DNA from: Geosiphon pyriformis uo1
Lineage: Eukaryota; Fungi; Glomeromycota
NCBI GenBank assembly: GCA_016748015.1
Contig: JAAOMT010000699.1
Span: 124,001 to 188,000 of the forward strand
Direction of reading: 5' to 3'
Length of the DNA: 64,000 nucleotides
The position numbers and the translations under genes are program-made. Below, piece by piece: positions 34,236-47,309 of this stretch. The notes beneath the pieces were generated by a model that ran no database searches, had not been told where the DNA came from, and worked only from the letters and a program-made list of their open reading frames with translations. Each line of letters opens with the position of its first letter. Positions within the stretch are counted from its first letter, which is position 1.

Positions 34236-35009
34236 GGAGACGAACATATATCACGTTATTATGAAAGAGGGGGAGAGAGAGAATTCAAAATCTCATATCT
34301 TACATAATTTTATATGGCATGTGATTTTGGATTTTTATTAGCCAATTAGAATATAAAAATAACAAAATCTTATGACTTTAAATGGCACATGATTTATTAG
34401 CCAATTAGAATATAGAAATGCAGTCTAATTTAAGTACATAAATTGAACTTTTGATATGCTGGATTTCCTGTGTTTATCATACAACTATATCCAAATGCAT
34501 TGCAAAATCTCTGGTGTTGATTTGTGGGAGTTTTATAAATATAAAACTTGTGTAATTAGGAAAGCTTGCATATTATAAGAATTTAGCAATAAATGAAATC
34601 AAAAATACAATATCAAAAACGCAATAGATCAGGAAATAAAAGACGCAAATAAAAGATGCATTAGATTAGGAAATAAAAAATACACTAGATCAGGAGATAA
34701 AAAACACGTTAGATTAGACACAAATTCGTGGTCATTTTTATATAAATAGAACAATGTAATAAGTTGAGATGTTTAGGCTAGTATATTTTTATAATAATTC
34801 CGATCATAAGTTTGATCATATTTATTATACAAGTTTGATCATATTATGCTATATATTTATAATGCATGTATTTATAATTGTGCATCATAAATAGCATATT
34901 ATTATGATATGAGATAACATTATTATAGAATGTCTGATTGCATATCTCATCAGAGGAGGAAGAGATGGTCCTATAGTAATCAATAATAACGTGATATATG
35001 TTTATTCTC
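34236..35009. mobile_element. MITE / non-autonomous DNA transposon, PIF-Harbinger (Tourist)-like
   Basis: 27-bp TIRs with a perfect 20-bp core (aacatatatcacgttattat, 34243-34262 and 34983-35002). TAA TSD on both sides. No ORF; internal direct repeats. Confidence 0.78.
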
Positions 35010-36116
35010 TAAACTATATTATAATTTTTTATTAAAAATTAATTAATACAATTATATTAAATATATTAATTAAAATTTTTTTAATTTAGATAAGTATTTA
35101 CATATTTTAAATTAACATTTAGATAAGTATTTACATATTATAGATTAACATTTGAAATTATATTATTTTTTCTATCAAAGATTTTATTATTGTTAAGTTT
35201 AATTTAAAAATAAACAATAATTTAATTATTTTATAAAATTTTGAAAAAATAATTTTTTTTTTAAAACCAACTATTAATAAAAACATTTTTTCCTTAACAG
35301 TTAACAAGTTAATATTCAGAATAAAAATTTTTTAATAGTAAACATGACTTTTTTTTAAATAAAATAAAACTGGCAAAAAAACAGTTTTTAATAATTATAA
35401 AAATAGTTATAATTTTATTTTATTATTATTTTTTTATATTTTTAAAGTTAAATTTTGTTTAATAAAATTTGTTTTGAATATTTATATTTTTAAATTTATT
35501 TAATATTTTTTATTTATTTTTTATTATTAATTATAGCTGTTTTATTTCTATTTATACTATTGTATTTATTTTTAGAAACCAAAAATCTTCTTAAAAAGAC
35601 ATTGTTATTATTGTTAAAAGTTTTAATATTGTACTTTTATTTATATTTTTTTGCTTGGACTTTATAATATTTCTATTATTAACAAAACCAAAAATCTTTT
35701 TAATCTTATTTTTAGACATAACTTTGCAAAAAATATTTAGTACAGCCAACATTTGACCAAAAAGATTGTCAAATCTAATATTGTATATATATATATATAA
35801 ACAAATAAAAAACTTTTCTATTTTTTGGTTTTTAGTACAAATAAAGAAAAGAGTTTTTTATTTATTTTATATTTTTATTTATTTAAAAATTTAAAATAAA
35901 AATATCTTGAAAATTTACAAAAAATTTTTAAATAAATAATTTTTGAAAATTTAAAATATAATTTTATTTCAATTTTTTATTATTAATTGAAAATAACACT
36001 TTAATAAATTGTAATTAATGTAATATTTAATTTTTATATGATTAAAAATTATATAATTGTAATTATTATAAACCAAAAATAAGTTTTAATAGTTTTTACA
36101 ATTATAATACGACAGA

Positions 36117-36252
36117 GTGAAATCTGAGATAACCAATAGTGAAATCTGCGATGATCAGTCACGTAATGTAAAACCTGTGATAGATTGGGTAAAATCTGCG
36201 ATAGGGTAAAAACCTGTAAACCCCGTGATTGTATCAAGTGAAATCAGCCATA
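36117..36252. repeat. Cluster of six ~14-bp motifs GTRAAAYCTGNGAT
   Basis: gtgaaatctgagat, gtgaaatctgcgat, gtaaaacctgtgat, gtaaaatctgcgat, gtaaaaacctgtaa, gtgaaatcagccat. Confidence 0.6.
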
Positions 36253-37034
36253 AATAGACATTTTTTAAGAGCAACGGCACCTTTTAATAGCAGACCCAAT
36301 TGAAAGTACCGTAAAGTTGACCAAACTAAGTGGCACAAATTTGAATGGAAAATTCAAACGAGTGATACTGTTATTACTGAAAAAGGTAAGCTTAAAAATA
36401 GAGGTCCTTCTTCATTACATATAACGATCAGTTTTTATTGCAAAAAACTTAAATCTTTCCATAGATGACAAAATTCATTGTATAACCACTTTTGGGAGGA
36501 GGACGCAAACTTCCAATTGTCATTGCTCTTGCTTTGTAGGTTTTTTGCAACCCATCGTATTTGAGAAAAAAAAACAGCTTTTTCTTAATTTGTTTTTTTA
36601 ATTTAATAGATTTTTAAAATTTTGAAGCTATTTTTAAAATACTAATAAAGCTAAAACTTTTGCTATCAAATTAAAAAATTTACAATAAATATCAAAAGCT
36701 GTTTTATTATATAGATTTGAATTTAAATAATTTATTTGTAATTTATTTTGGAATAAAAAACAAGTTTATTTAAGAAAAATTCAAATTTAATTTTTTTTAT
36801 TGGTTTTATATTTTTAAATTTAAAAAATTATTAACATTTTGTTTATATTATTTACTTTTTAATTTTTAATTTTTAAGATTAAAAACATTGTGAAAAATCA
36901 AATTTTGTTTATATTGTAATAAAAAAAAATATATTGCATAAAAGTATAAAAAAATTAACATTTAAGCAATGTTAATTAAAAAACACAGTTTTTTTTTTGA
37001 CAACATTAAAAAATACACATTTAAATTATAAATT

Positions 37035-37256
37035 GGGCGTTCGTTTTGGTTTTCGCAATTCTTGTCTGTTTTTCTCAGGTATAGGAGACTCTGTTTCTGT
37101 TCGTATAGCTGTATAGTGATGTTCTGATTAGCCCGAGTGGCTGGTCACGTGTAGTAAATGCATGATTCACGCTTAGTATAGATCATTTCTTTGGTGTATA
37201 GCGCTAAGTAGTATTTGGACCTCACTCGTTAATTGTTAAAAAAAAAAAAAAAAAAA
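37035..37256 (+). mobile_element. 5'-truncated LINE 3' end with poly(A) tail
   Basis: Encodes GVRFGFRNSCLFFSGIGDSVSVRIAV*, homologous to the ORF2 end AVKFGRHKLCCFFSDLGGDAFVTIGV*. The 3' UTR aligns with 22696-22820. Ends in A19. Confidence 0.85.
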
Positions 37257-37993
37257 TTATTTATAAAATTATTTACAATATTTATAAAACTTTATTTAAA
37301 CAGAAATTTAATATGATATTTATTAAAAAAAAAACTTTTAAATATTATTACAGTATTTAAAAAATGATATCATTATTTAAATAAAATGTTATTCAAAGTT
37401 ACTGTATTTGTAATTATTAAAACTTGAAATATTTTATTATTATTTAAGTATTTAATAAAAAAAAAGTTTTTTAGTTTTTATTATTTCTAATCACTAGATT
37501 TTGTAATTAATTATATATCTAAAATATAGCAAAAAAACAAACAAATATATTTTCAATTTAACAAAAAACAACAATAATTAAATTATAATATAAATTTCTT
37601 AAAAGTTTTTTTTTTATTACGCTGTGACAAAGTGTGACGCATTCGTTAACCATGACGCAAAATTACAACTTAATAATAATAATGTGCATAAAATTTTTGT
37701 TGTTTTTTCTAATTTTTTGTTTATTATTTAAAAAAATTTTTTACTTCTAAATGGAGATTAAAATAACCGATCACGATTAGATTTATAAAGATTCGTCTAA
37801 ATATAATAAATAGTAAAATAAAAAAAGTATTAAAAAATAGAATAAACATAAAAATATATTACAAATTTTGTTTATGATAATTTCTTACCATTAGGCAAAT
37901 AGATTAATTCTTTTAAAAAAAAGTAAAATTAATATAAATTTTTAATATGATTATTAAATTAAAGAATTAATCAATTATATAAAAATAGATAAA

Positions 37994-38979
37994 CTAACCG
38001 TTTGTTTCATCAAATATTTGCAAACTTAAAACACGACTTGTATAAATTGATCCTGGATGAATTGTTATTGTTGCCGTATCTGTTAAATAATTTGTTGTAA
38101 CGTCGTTCTTCAGCATTTCTTTTATATAATTGTCTGATTCTAAAAACTGTGCTATTTCAGGACTTTGAGTTTTAGACTTTTCTGTATACATCATGTGCAT
38201 CTGCCGAAGGTTCCCCAACTTCTCCTTAACTTCTTCGGCAGTAGGACGATTCTCTGGATTAACATCCCAACACTTTTCAATGAGTTCAGCAATACAAGGT
38301 GGAATAAGTGGGGTAGTAATTTCAGGTCTAATACCCTTAGAAATAATATTAAATATGAGAGTATTATCATGAGAACGGTCATGAAAAGGAGGCCTTCCTG
38401 TTGCTAATTCCCATAATAGCATGGAAAAACTATAAATATCACCAGCCGAAGTAAACTTTTGTCCTTTTAAAACTTCTGGTGGAATGTATGGAATCACTCC
38501 AAATATTTCTTTCTTCTCCTCTGTTGTTGCTCCATTGTTTATTGGTTGACATAATCCGAGGTCTCCAATTTGTACCAATTGTTGATCAAGTTGTAGTATA
38601 TTACCCGAGTGTAGATCACGATGAACCAGACCACAAGAATGAATATTAGCAAGTGCAATAGCTATATGCCACGCGATAAATAATTTATGAGACCAATTCG
38701 TAGAATGAAAATTTGTTGATAAATATCTTCGCATATCTCCATGTTTGGCAAACTCCATCACAATTCCATACTCGAGTGTTTCAGCGCTTTGTGTAATCCC
38801 ATACATTGAAGAGATGTAATCTAGTTTCTCACCCATAATTGCGATAGATCTTTGAATATTTAACTATCAACAAAGTAAAAAATAAAAAATCAAGTCAATA
38901 AATAATAGATAAATATGAATTAAATATAAATATAAATATAAATATAAATATAAATAATAATAAAAATAATAAAAATAAA

Positions 38980-39025
<46 letters not shown>

Positions 39026-39488
39026 GTTTTTTTTTTACCTCTTGAAACACTTCTTCACTGTTCGTTTTTATAATTTTTATTGCTACTTCCATCCCTACTC
39101 CCCATCTTTCATATTCCATTAAACCATGATGTTTTATACTATATTCATCAATTAATCCATCAGTGATAGTTGCTTTATAAATTACACCAAACCCTCCTCT
39201 AGCAATTTCCTCGATATTCGACAAACTCTCCCATGGAATCCAAGAATAATAATTTAATCTATCATTATCTTTTTTACTATTATTAGATGGAATATAGATC
39301 GGATTCTTAATTATTTCATCGACTAGTTTATTACCGCTCGACAAGTTCTTATAAAGTTTTTCAAAAAAAATAAAATGGCATGCACTACACTCATTAGCCC
39401 TCTTGTATTTAATGCTATATTGACACGGTTTACATTCGTTGCAATCATGAGCATATGGACGTATAATTTTAATTTCTTTGTTTTCCAT
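37994..39488 (-). CDS. Tyrosine-kinase-like (TKL) Ser/Thr protein kinase; 2 exons (39488-39039, 38863-37994)
   Basis: ARGGFGVIYKA, VAIK, HRDLHSGNIL, DLG, GVIPYIPPE, DIYSF, ENRP. A phase-0 GT-AG intron keeps the frame. N-terminal Cys cluster. Confidence 0.92.
38920..39024. repeat. Intronic microsatellite (TAAATA)n/(AAT)n
   Basis: Directly visible within the kinase intron. Confidence 0.85.
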
Positions 39489-41149
39489 GAAATGGATAAA
39501 TGAGGATAAAAGATAAAGGATAAAGGATAAAATGGACAATAGGTTATTATTCGAAAAGGGGTTTTTTTTTTGGAATTTGTTATTTATATTGTTTCTCTAT
39601 GCTCAAATAATTTAACCAATCAATTAAGAGAATCATTTACCCCTTCATAAAAAACTATTATGTGCTAAACAGGTTTATGTGGCTACAAAAAGAAAGACGC
39701 CAAACAAGTTTCTCAGTAGACAACAAACAACAACAACAACAACAACAACAACCCAATTTAGGCTTCGTGTGAAGCATAAAAAATATCGTATGATTTTAAT
39801 TATGAACCCATAACCTGTTTTTGAAATGTTAGGCTAACTTAAAAAATCATAAAAATCATAAATTTTATTTATATATTGAGACTTTAAATGAATATCAATT
39901 TAGGAATCAAAGATATTTAAAATCTAAACGTAATGAAAACGTAATGAAAACGTAAAGCAAATCTTATCCATTTTATAACATTTCATTAAAAAATATTATA
40001 ATATAAAAAAACCATATAAGACTTATTTTAGCATTAAAATATATTAAGTATAATAATATAAAAGATTCTAATTATATTTTTAATTATAATACAAACATAA
40101 GTAAAAGAATTTATATAATCAAATTATGTTTAAAAACAATTAATATTTTGAATTAATAATAAAACAATTAAATTAAACATAGATTATAATTTTTTGTAAT
40201 AATTAACAATATTATTTGAATAAAAAATTAATAAATAACAATAATACCAATTAAATATTAATAATATAAATAAATTTAATAATTTTAAAATATTATAAAA
40301 TACTATAAAATATACATATATAATTAATCTCAATTAATAAAAAAAAGTTATAAAAACTGTTTTTATTTCTAAGTTAAATTTATTTATTAATTAATACTTA
40401 AATTAATAATTTTTAATTATAGTTATTAATAAAATATTTCTTTTTTGTTTTCTTTTTTGTTTTGATTTTTAATATTAATTTATTGAAACAAAAATAATAC
40501 TAAAATTAATATTATAATTAATGTAAAAAATATAAATATTTATAAGCACTTTTTACATATAACCAATTATTTTTATTATTTTAAGAGTAATTTTTTTTTA
40601 ATAAAATAGCATTAAATAATTTTTTATAATGAAAATATTAATAATATTTTTTGTTTATTAATATTTTTTTTTATAAAAAAACCAATATTGTTTTTGTTTA
40701 ACTTCATTTTTTCAATGTTTAAAAATATATATATATACAATTAGAATATACTACTAATTGTTTTATTATTTTTAAGTAATTATACATGTAATAAAAAAAT
40801 TAAATGTCAAAAAATAATAAATAAGAAATTTTTTAGAAAAACAATAAAATTCAACATATAAATATTATTTTGGTGTTATACAAGTTTATAATAATTTTTA
40901 TTTACTTTATATATTTTAAAAATTTCAATCAATTTTGACAATGTTTGAAAATTTCAGCAAATTTTTTCAAGGTTTTTTTAAGCTATTTAAGTTACAACTG
41001 GTAACAGTATGCATGAATTAATTAAAAATATTCAAAATCATGTCCAAAACAAAGAAATAATTAGAAATATTTTGTTATCAAAACTGATACACATGCATTT
41101 CATAAAATGAATCCCTTTTTTGTCGAATGTCAGGTTAAGCAAACTACAA

Positions 41150-43037
41150 CTAAAATCTAAATCTTGCATCGAAAACAAATATTTTTACTTTCAATTCCGA
41201 AAGCACATCAAACCCTTCTCTGGGCTTGAAAATCAATTTATAATCTAAAGGTTTACAATCAAAATCATTTCCGCATACTGTATCGATATCAAGGTCGATA
41301 GGCTTTCCAGTTATGGGATCTTTTTCTATTTGAAGGGTGAACATTGACATAGTATAATTAGCAAAAGTAAATAAGTTATGATAGGCTAAGTCCATTCCAG
41401 CACAGGATCGACGACCGTGTCCAAAGATCTAAAAATAATACAACGTATGGGTAAAGGAATTAGAAACTTGCCCAATTCTCATGATACTCTTCTGAATTTT
41501 TCAAATGCTCCTTCTCATCTAAAAACCTTTCCGGACAGAAATTCTCAGGATTTTCATATAACAATGGTTCCATATTGATGGAAAAGGTGCTAATAAGAAT
41601 AGTAGATTTTGTCGGGATATGGTATCCACGATATATATCTTCTTCGGTATTACCATGAGGTACGAGGAATCGTATCGAAGACCTAAAATAATTTTAAATT
41701 AGAAACAGATAGTAATCACAAATAGAAAAATCGAATTACAAACCTGAAACGTAAACTTTCTTTTATAGCTGCTTATGATCCATGTTATAAAACTTTCCTT
41801 TGCTAACCACTAAATCTAATTCATCTTGAATCTTTTTTTGTACTCTTGGGAACTTTGCTAAAAGTGCATATAGCCATATCAAACTGCTAACAGTAGTTCT
41901 AATGCCGCCAACCATCATGTCGATACAAATAGTCATGAGGTCATATCGATCAAGAATATAATTTCCATCTTGATCTTTCTCAAATTGATGTGTCGTTGAG
42001 TCGGCAATAAAGTTAAGATCAACTTTAACGAATTTCATAACGTTGGCAATCAAACAGTTCTCACTATCCTCTCCATGAACAAGTAATCTTTTTTTGACTC
42101 GGCTTATAAGTTTCTGACTGATTTATTCAAGTTCAGCGTGAATATTGGTTGCTTCGGCTGCTAAGAATTTTCTTAATCCAAAATATTGGAGCCAGGGAAA
42201 AACATTTAATAGACTTCCTTTGATATTAACAAACTTGAAAATTGTATCCATGAGGAGAGTATATATCCTTATATTATCTGAATCCAAAGCTGTCCGACCA
42301 AAGATAATAGTAGTTAATATCTTTGTAAATGCAGTTCGAATATTAGGCACAGGATTAACAGCTATAACGCCCTGAGAGTTCAAATATTGATGTAAAAGGA
42401 ATTTTTTTGTTTCTTCAGAAATTATTGGGGAATAGACCGTATTAATAACGTTTTGCCTTAGTTCTTGAACCTCGATTGAACGAATGGTTATCCACCAATT
42501 ATTATTCTTTAGAAAATTTATGCAAGTTTTATCCATATTATTTTTTCATACTTGGGAAATTTAGCTAATGATTAAATTATTGTGTAAATTTATCGTTACC
42601 GGTGCATGCGCCACATTTTTGTTCTTTTTCAAAATCACCTCAGTTAAAAGGCCAAACCCCTGAATCGAATATTAAAATTATATAATTTTTGAATTATAAA
42701 CTTTAAATTTTAAATTCACAGGCCTGCTCGAATAATTCGCTCCTCTGTTAACAAGAAGATCTTTAGCAATTTCGTGGTCAGTAACCACAATCTATGGGAG
42801 TGCTCCAATATGAACTTTGAATAGTGGGTCATATTTTTTCGACATTTTCGATATATTAGGTTGCATTACTGTCCCAAGCTGATTTATATTACCGATTATA
42901 GGTAATGGAGTTGGGCCTGGGATTTCCAAAGTTCCCTTTGATCTTTGTTGGAAAACTTTTTTTTGAAAGAGATTCCATAACCAAAAAATAGATAATAAGA
43001 GAACAGATAATAAGAGAGTATTAATAAGAGTAGACAT
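41150..43037 (-). pseudogene. Cytochrome P450 pseudogene (multi-exon)
   Basis: N-terminal membrane anchor, PGPTPLPIIGN, I-helix VGGIRTT, KESLR, PERF, heme motif FGHGRRSCAG. In-frame stops at 42792 and 42123; frameshifts just before ExxR and before PERF. Confidence 0.88.
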
Positions 43038-44085
43038 ATTAAGGGTTACTAAGATTTAGTTTTGAAGGGTAAAATTTGCATCTCGAAAACGGTATTTGTA
43101 TTATTTTATAAACTAATTGAATTAAAAATCTAGAGTAAATAAACTAGCAAGGTGTCTTTTAAGTTTTTAATTTTGAAAAGATAAAGTAAAACTAACCGTT
43201 ATCAATTGATACGGTACACAAAATTTAAAATAAAAGGTTTTACAACATTTTTGCTTCTGGATAGTTTCTGACCAAGAAATTTCTTAAAATCGAAACAGAT
43301 CAAATAAATAGCCATTTAGTTAGCTATTTTTAACAACGCTTAAAAATTAAAAATCTGGAAATAAATATGAACTCCTCTAATTTCAAACCAAATTTTGATT
43401 TTTTTACTCACTTTCATTATTATATTTATAATAATATGTTAATTTTATATATTTTCAAAGTCTGTTATCAAAAAAGTAGCAAAATTCAAATAATAGTTTT
43501 CAATTAAGTCTCAATAAAAGAATATTTGAATTTAAAACATTTTACAATATATTCTTATTATTTGTTAATTTCTTTTTGAAAGATAAAAAAAAGCTTTTTT
43601 CAAAACATATATTTTTTTGATCTATTTAAAGTTGTAATATGTTAGTTATCTAGTTGTATAAAGTGTTATTTAAAAGTTGGAAATATAAATTAGATTTAGA
43701 ATTTAATAAAAATCTTTTTTAATTGTAATTATTCTTCTAATTTTTTTTTGTAAAAGTCTATTAATAAAATGAATTAATAAATGCTTTATTTATTTCAAAG
43801 TAAATTATAAACTAATTGTTTTAACCCAAATGTATATAAATAAAAACTTGATTTTTGTCTGAAATTTTCAACAATAGGTTTAAATAGTTTAAAAAATATT
43901 TATTTTACCCAAGTACAAAATATATTATATAATGTATAAAAAACATTTTAATTTGTTTTTTGTCAAAAACTTTTATATATTAATGGTACATAATTTTTAA
44001 CTTTGTGTTTTAAAAATACAGTTGTTTTAAAACAAATCTTAAAATTAATGCTGCTTATTTTAAAATTTTGTTTTGATATGAAATA

Positions 44086-44182
44086 AACTTTCTTTAAATG
44101 CATATTGTTTAATATGTAATCAACTTTCTTTAAATGTATATTGTTTAATATGTAATCAACTTTCTTTAAATGCATATTGTTT
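44086..44182. repeat. 36-bp tandem repeat, ~2.7 copies
   Basis: Unit aactttctttaaatgYatattgtttaatatgtaatc starting at 44086, 44122 and 44158. Confidence 0.9.
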
Positions 44183-45943
44183 GAACTGATCTTCAATTAT
44201 AGATTTTAAGTGGTTTTTGTATTTTAAAAACCACTTGATAAAATTACTTTGAATAATTTTTGCATTTGCCTTATTAATAGATCCGAAATATTTCCATTAT
44301 TTTGTCTTTCTTTAAAAATGCTGATGTAAAAATTATTATTATATTTATTTTTGTTAAACTAAATTAGTTATCTTGAATTATTTACCATCTAATCTTAATG
44401 TTTTGTGTTTAAAAAAAATTAATATTTTTAGCATTTTTGCAAAAATATATGTATTATACACTTTCTGCTAATAAGTTGATTCTTATATAAATTTGAGATT
44501 AGGTTTTTTTTGACTCTAATTAAACACATGACATTGTATTCATAATAATCTTAGTAAATTTAAAATAACTTAATTTTGGTTTATTATTCAAACTCTTGTT
44601 TTTTTGTTTATATATTTGCTAAAAAAAACCTATATTTACTTGTTTTGATATTTTTCCATTTCAAACTTTTTTGCAATACTATACATATTAATAACCGCTT
44701 TTTATTCAGATAAAAAATTTAAACCATTTATCTTAATCTGGTCATTTTTAAATTATTTCTGATTGTTCATGATTACTCAAAAAATTCAAATCTTTTCTTA
44801 ATTATAAGCTTTGTGAATTTACTATTTGGTTTAAAAATTAGTTAAGATTACCGTAAAATTCAAAAATAAGTGACTTCCTATATTATCAATTTTAGACCAA
44901 ATTTTGAGAAAGATTGTATATTTTTGGGTATTTACATTATATTGTTTTTTTTTGAATATATAAAATTATTGCATACCAACCTATTTTGTTCCTGCCAAAT
45001 ATTTAAAAAATTTTGTTATATTTCGATTTCCAATTCATTATTATATCTTTATTATAATAAAATCAAAAGAATATCTCTACTAATTATTTGAATTTTGGTA
45101 ATTATATTACTTTATATATATATATATATATCAAACAGATATTAAAAACCTGCATAAAAATTAAGCTTTTTGAAATTTCCAAAAAGAAACTATAATTTAT
45201 ATTTAAATAGTTTTTTACTAATAACAGGCTTTAAAAAATATATAAAAATTATAAATATAATGATGAGACTGTATAACAATTACTAATGTTTTTCTTTTAG
45301 ATTTGAAAAAAATTACAAAAAGTTATCAATAATCAAATCTGCTCAATAGCTATTTTTACACCTTTTGTCTTATAAATAGTATTTAAGATTGAAATAGTTG
45401 TAGGTAAATTTTTTTCATAATCCAAGTTTTTCAAATACTTGAAAACAGTTAAGTTAAATTAATCATTTTAATATCTTTATTTAATAGTTTCATTGTAATT
45501 ATTTTTAAAGAAATTTTTGTCCCAATTTCCCTTGAATAATCCAATCTAATCTTATTATCTGGTTTCTAATATTGAATTTAAACAGTTTATAATCAACCAT
45601 TTTTTTGTGAAGTTCTTTGTAACTATGTATGATATCACTTCACAAATCTAAAGCATATGAAGATGAGTTTTATTACTATGAATGAATATTTTTGATATTT
45701 TTTGCGAAGCGAAAGGAAAACAGAGCAAAGATATTTTTCGTTAGATTGTTTAGTTAGAATTTGCCAAGTCTCACAAATCTGTTCACGCATATATTTTAGG
45801 ATAAGTTTTTTCTTAACATACTGTTAGTCATTTTAAATTGCTATATTTAAGCGAATTATAATATTTTAGCAAAGATAAAATTTTTTAAATCGCCAAAAAA
45901 TTTCTGTTCAAGTAACCCTTTTAATATATATAAATTGTTATAT

Positions 45944-47309
45944 TCAATTATTAGCTTTATTGTATTTTCTCAATATATCTTCAGGACTTTTAAACCCTTC
46001 AAATAATTCGCAATTACCCATTTCAACTTCACAGTAAGGTCCATTATGAAAAAATTGATCTAGGAAAATCACATGTGTTTGATGATTCAATCCATATTTC
46101 AATACCAAAATGTTTCCATCCCATTGAAGCCATTGGAAAGTGTGGAACATGATCGTTTCCATGAGTGATGCGGTAATGATAGATTAATTTATTCAGCGTT
46201 AAGCTAAATTCCTTATTCGCAACTCTCGGAGCTCCAAAAGTAACTATGCACTGACTAAGTGTGAGGAAATTGATTTCAGGCCAAAGTTTCTTTTTTACGA
46301 TTAATTATTTTTCAATTGACCACTGAAAAGCAGCAATTGAAGCTTATGCTATTATATTGAAAACACAATTTATAGTATTAGAAGCTAAAATAGAATTTGA
46401 AATTCCTTTTTGATTACTAAAAATATAAAAATATTTAGATAGCAAACCTCCACCAAGACTATGCCCAGAAAACACAATTTCATCAATTCTTAGTTTTGAA
46501 GGGTGATTAAAGAGGTCTCGAATCATTGTTTTTAACTGAGGAATATCAGTTTTACTTCTTTTAATAATTGTGAGTCAACACGTTCGGTCGCCCCAATTGA
46601 ATACCGTATCTCTTCAAATCGTGGCTTGACTAATATTGGGTTTCTGGAACTCTATTCTTGCTTTGTTAATTTTTTTTGTATAAAAGAGAAATTGCTTATG
46701 TTATTTCAAATGATTATATTTTCTTTTTTGGTAAAAACAAAACAGTATAACAAAGATGAAAGTTAAATATAATTACTGGTCCGACGAATATTATTACTAA
46801 CGCAGCAAACTTGTTTTCGGAGAGGTCGCCCATTTTGTAGAGATGCGTATGCATTAAAACATTTCCTTTTTAGAAAATAGTCTTAACATTAAAATATTTG
46901 ACTGTATAATAAAAATACCTTTTATCTGCGAACTAGGTACGTTTAAACGAATTTTATTTAAGCTAAAGCAATCAACAAGATTTATCATGGACATAATATG
47001 CTGGAGCATTGGATAAATTTCAGTTTTAAATGCGTATGGCACTTTATTTTCTGATTGTGAAAGTCTTATAATTTGATTGTTTAGAGGAACCTTAGTAAGA
47101 TTCATCCACTTTATTATGGTGAGAGAAGTTTGGTTTATATCTAATTTTTGGGAAAATTGAATATTTTGGATCCATTTTAAAATTGTCAAATTCTTTTGAA
47201 TTCCGTGCATCCAAAGATAAAATATCAAGAGTATCATAGTTTTTATTATAATTTTAGATATGTTTTGAAGATGGAGTTTAGATGAATTTCGATTTAAAAG
47301 AAAATTCAT
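45944..47309 (-). pseudogene. Class-3 lipase pseudogene with the canonical nucleophile elbow
   Basis: FSGHSLGG, VTFGAPRVAN, ITHGNDHVPHFP, HNGPY. Stops at ~46652, 46344 and ~46305, a frameshift near 46550, and a deletion before the catalytic His. Confidence 0.85.

Noticed and set aside
39495-39535. GATAA cluster upstream of the kinase as GATA-factor sites
   Set aside because: Indistinguishable from a simple repeat in AT-rich sequence, and probably within the 5' UTR.
44086-44182. 36-bp repeats as a CRISPR array
   Set aside because: Head-to-tail copies without spacers, in a eukaryotic context with no cas genes.
43900-45200. Possible decayed DNA-transposase remnant
   Set aside because: AT-eroded, with no motif or terminal repeat I can identify with confidence.
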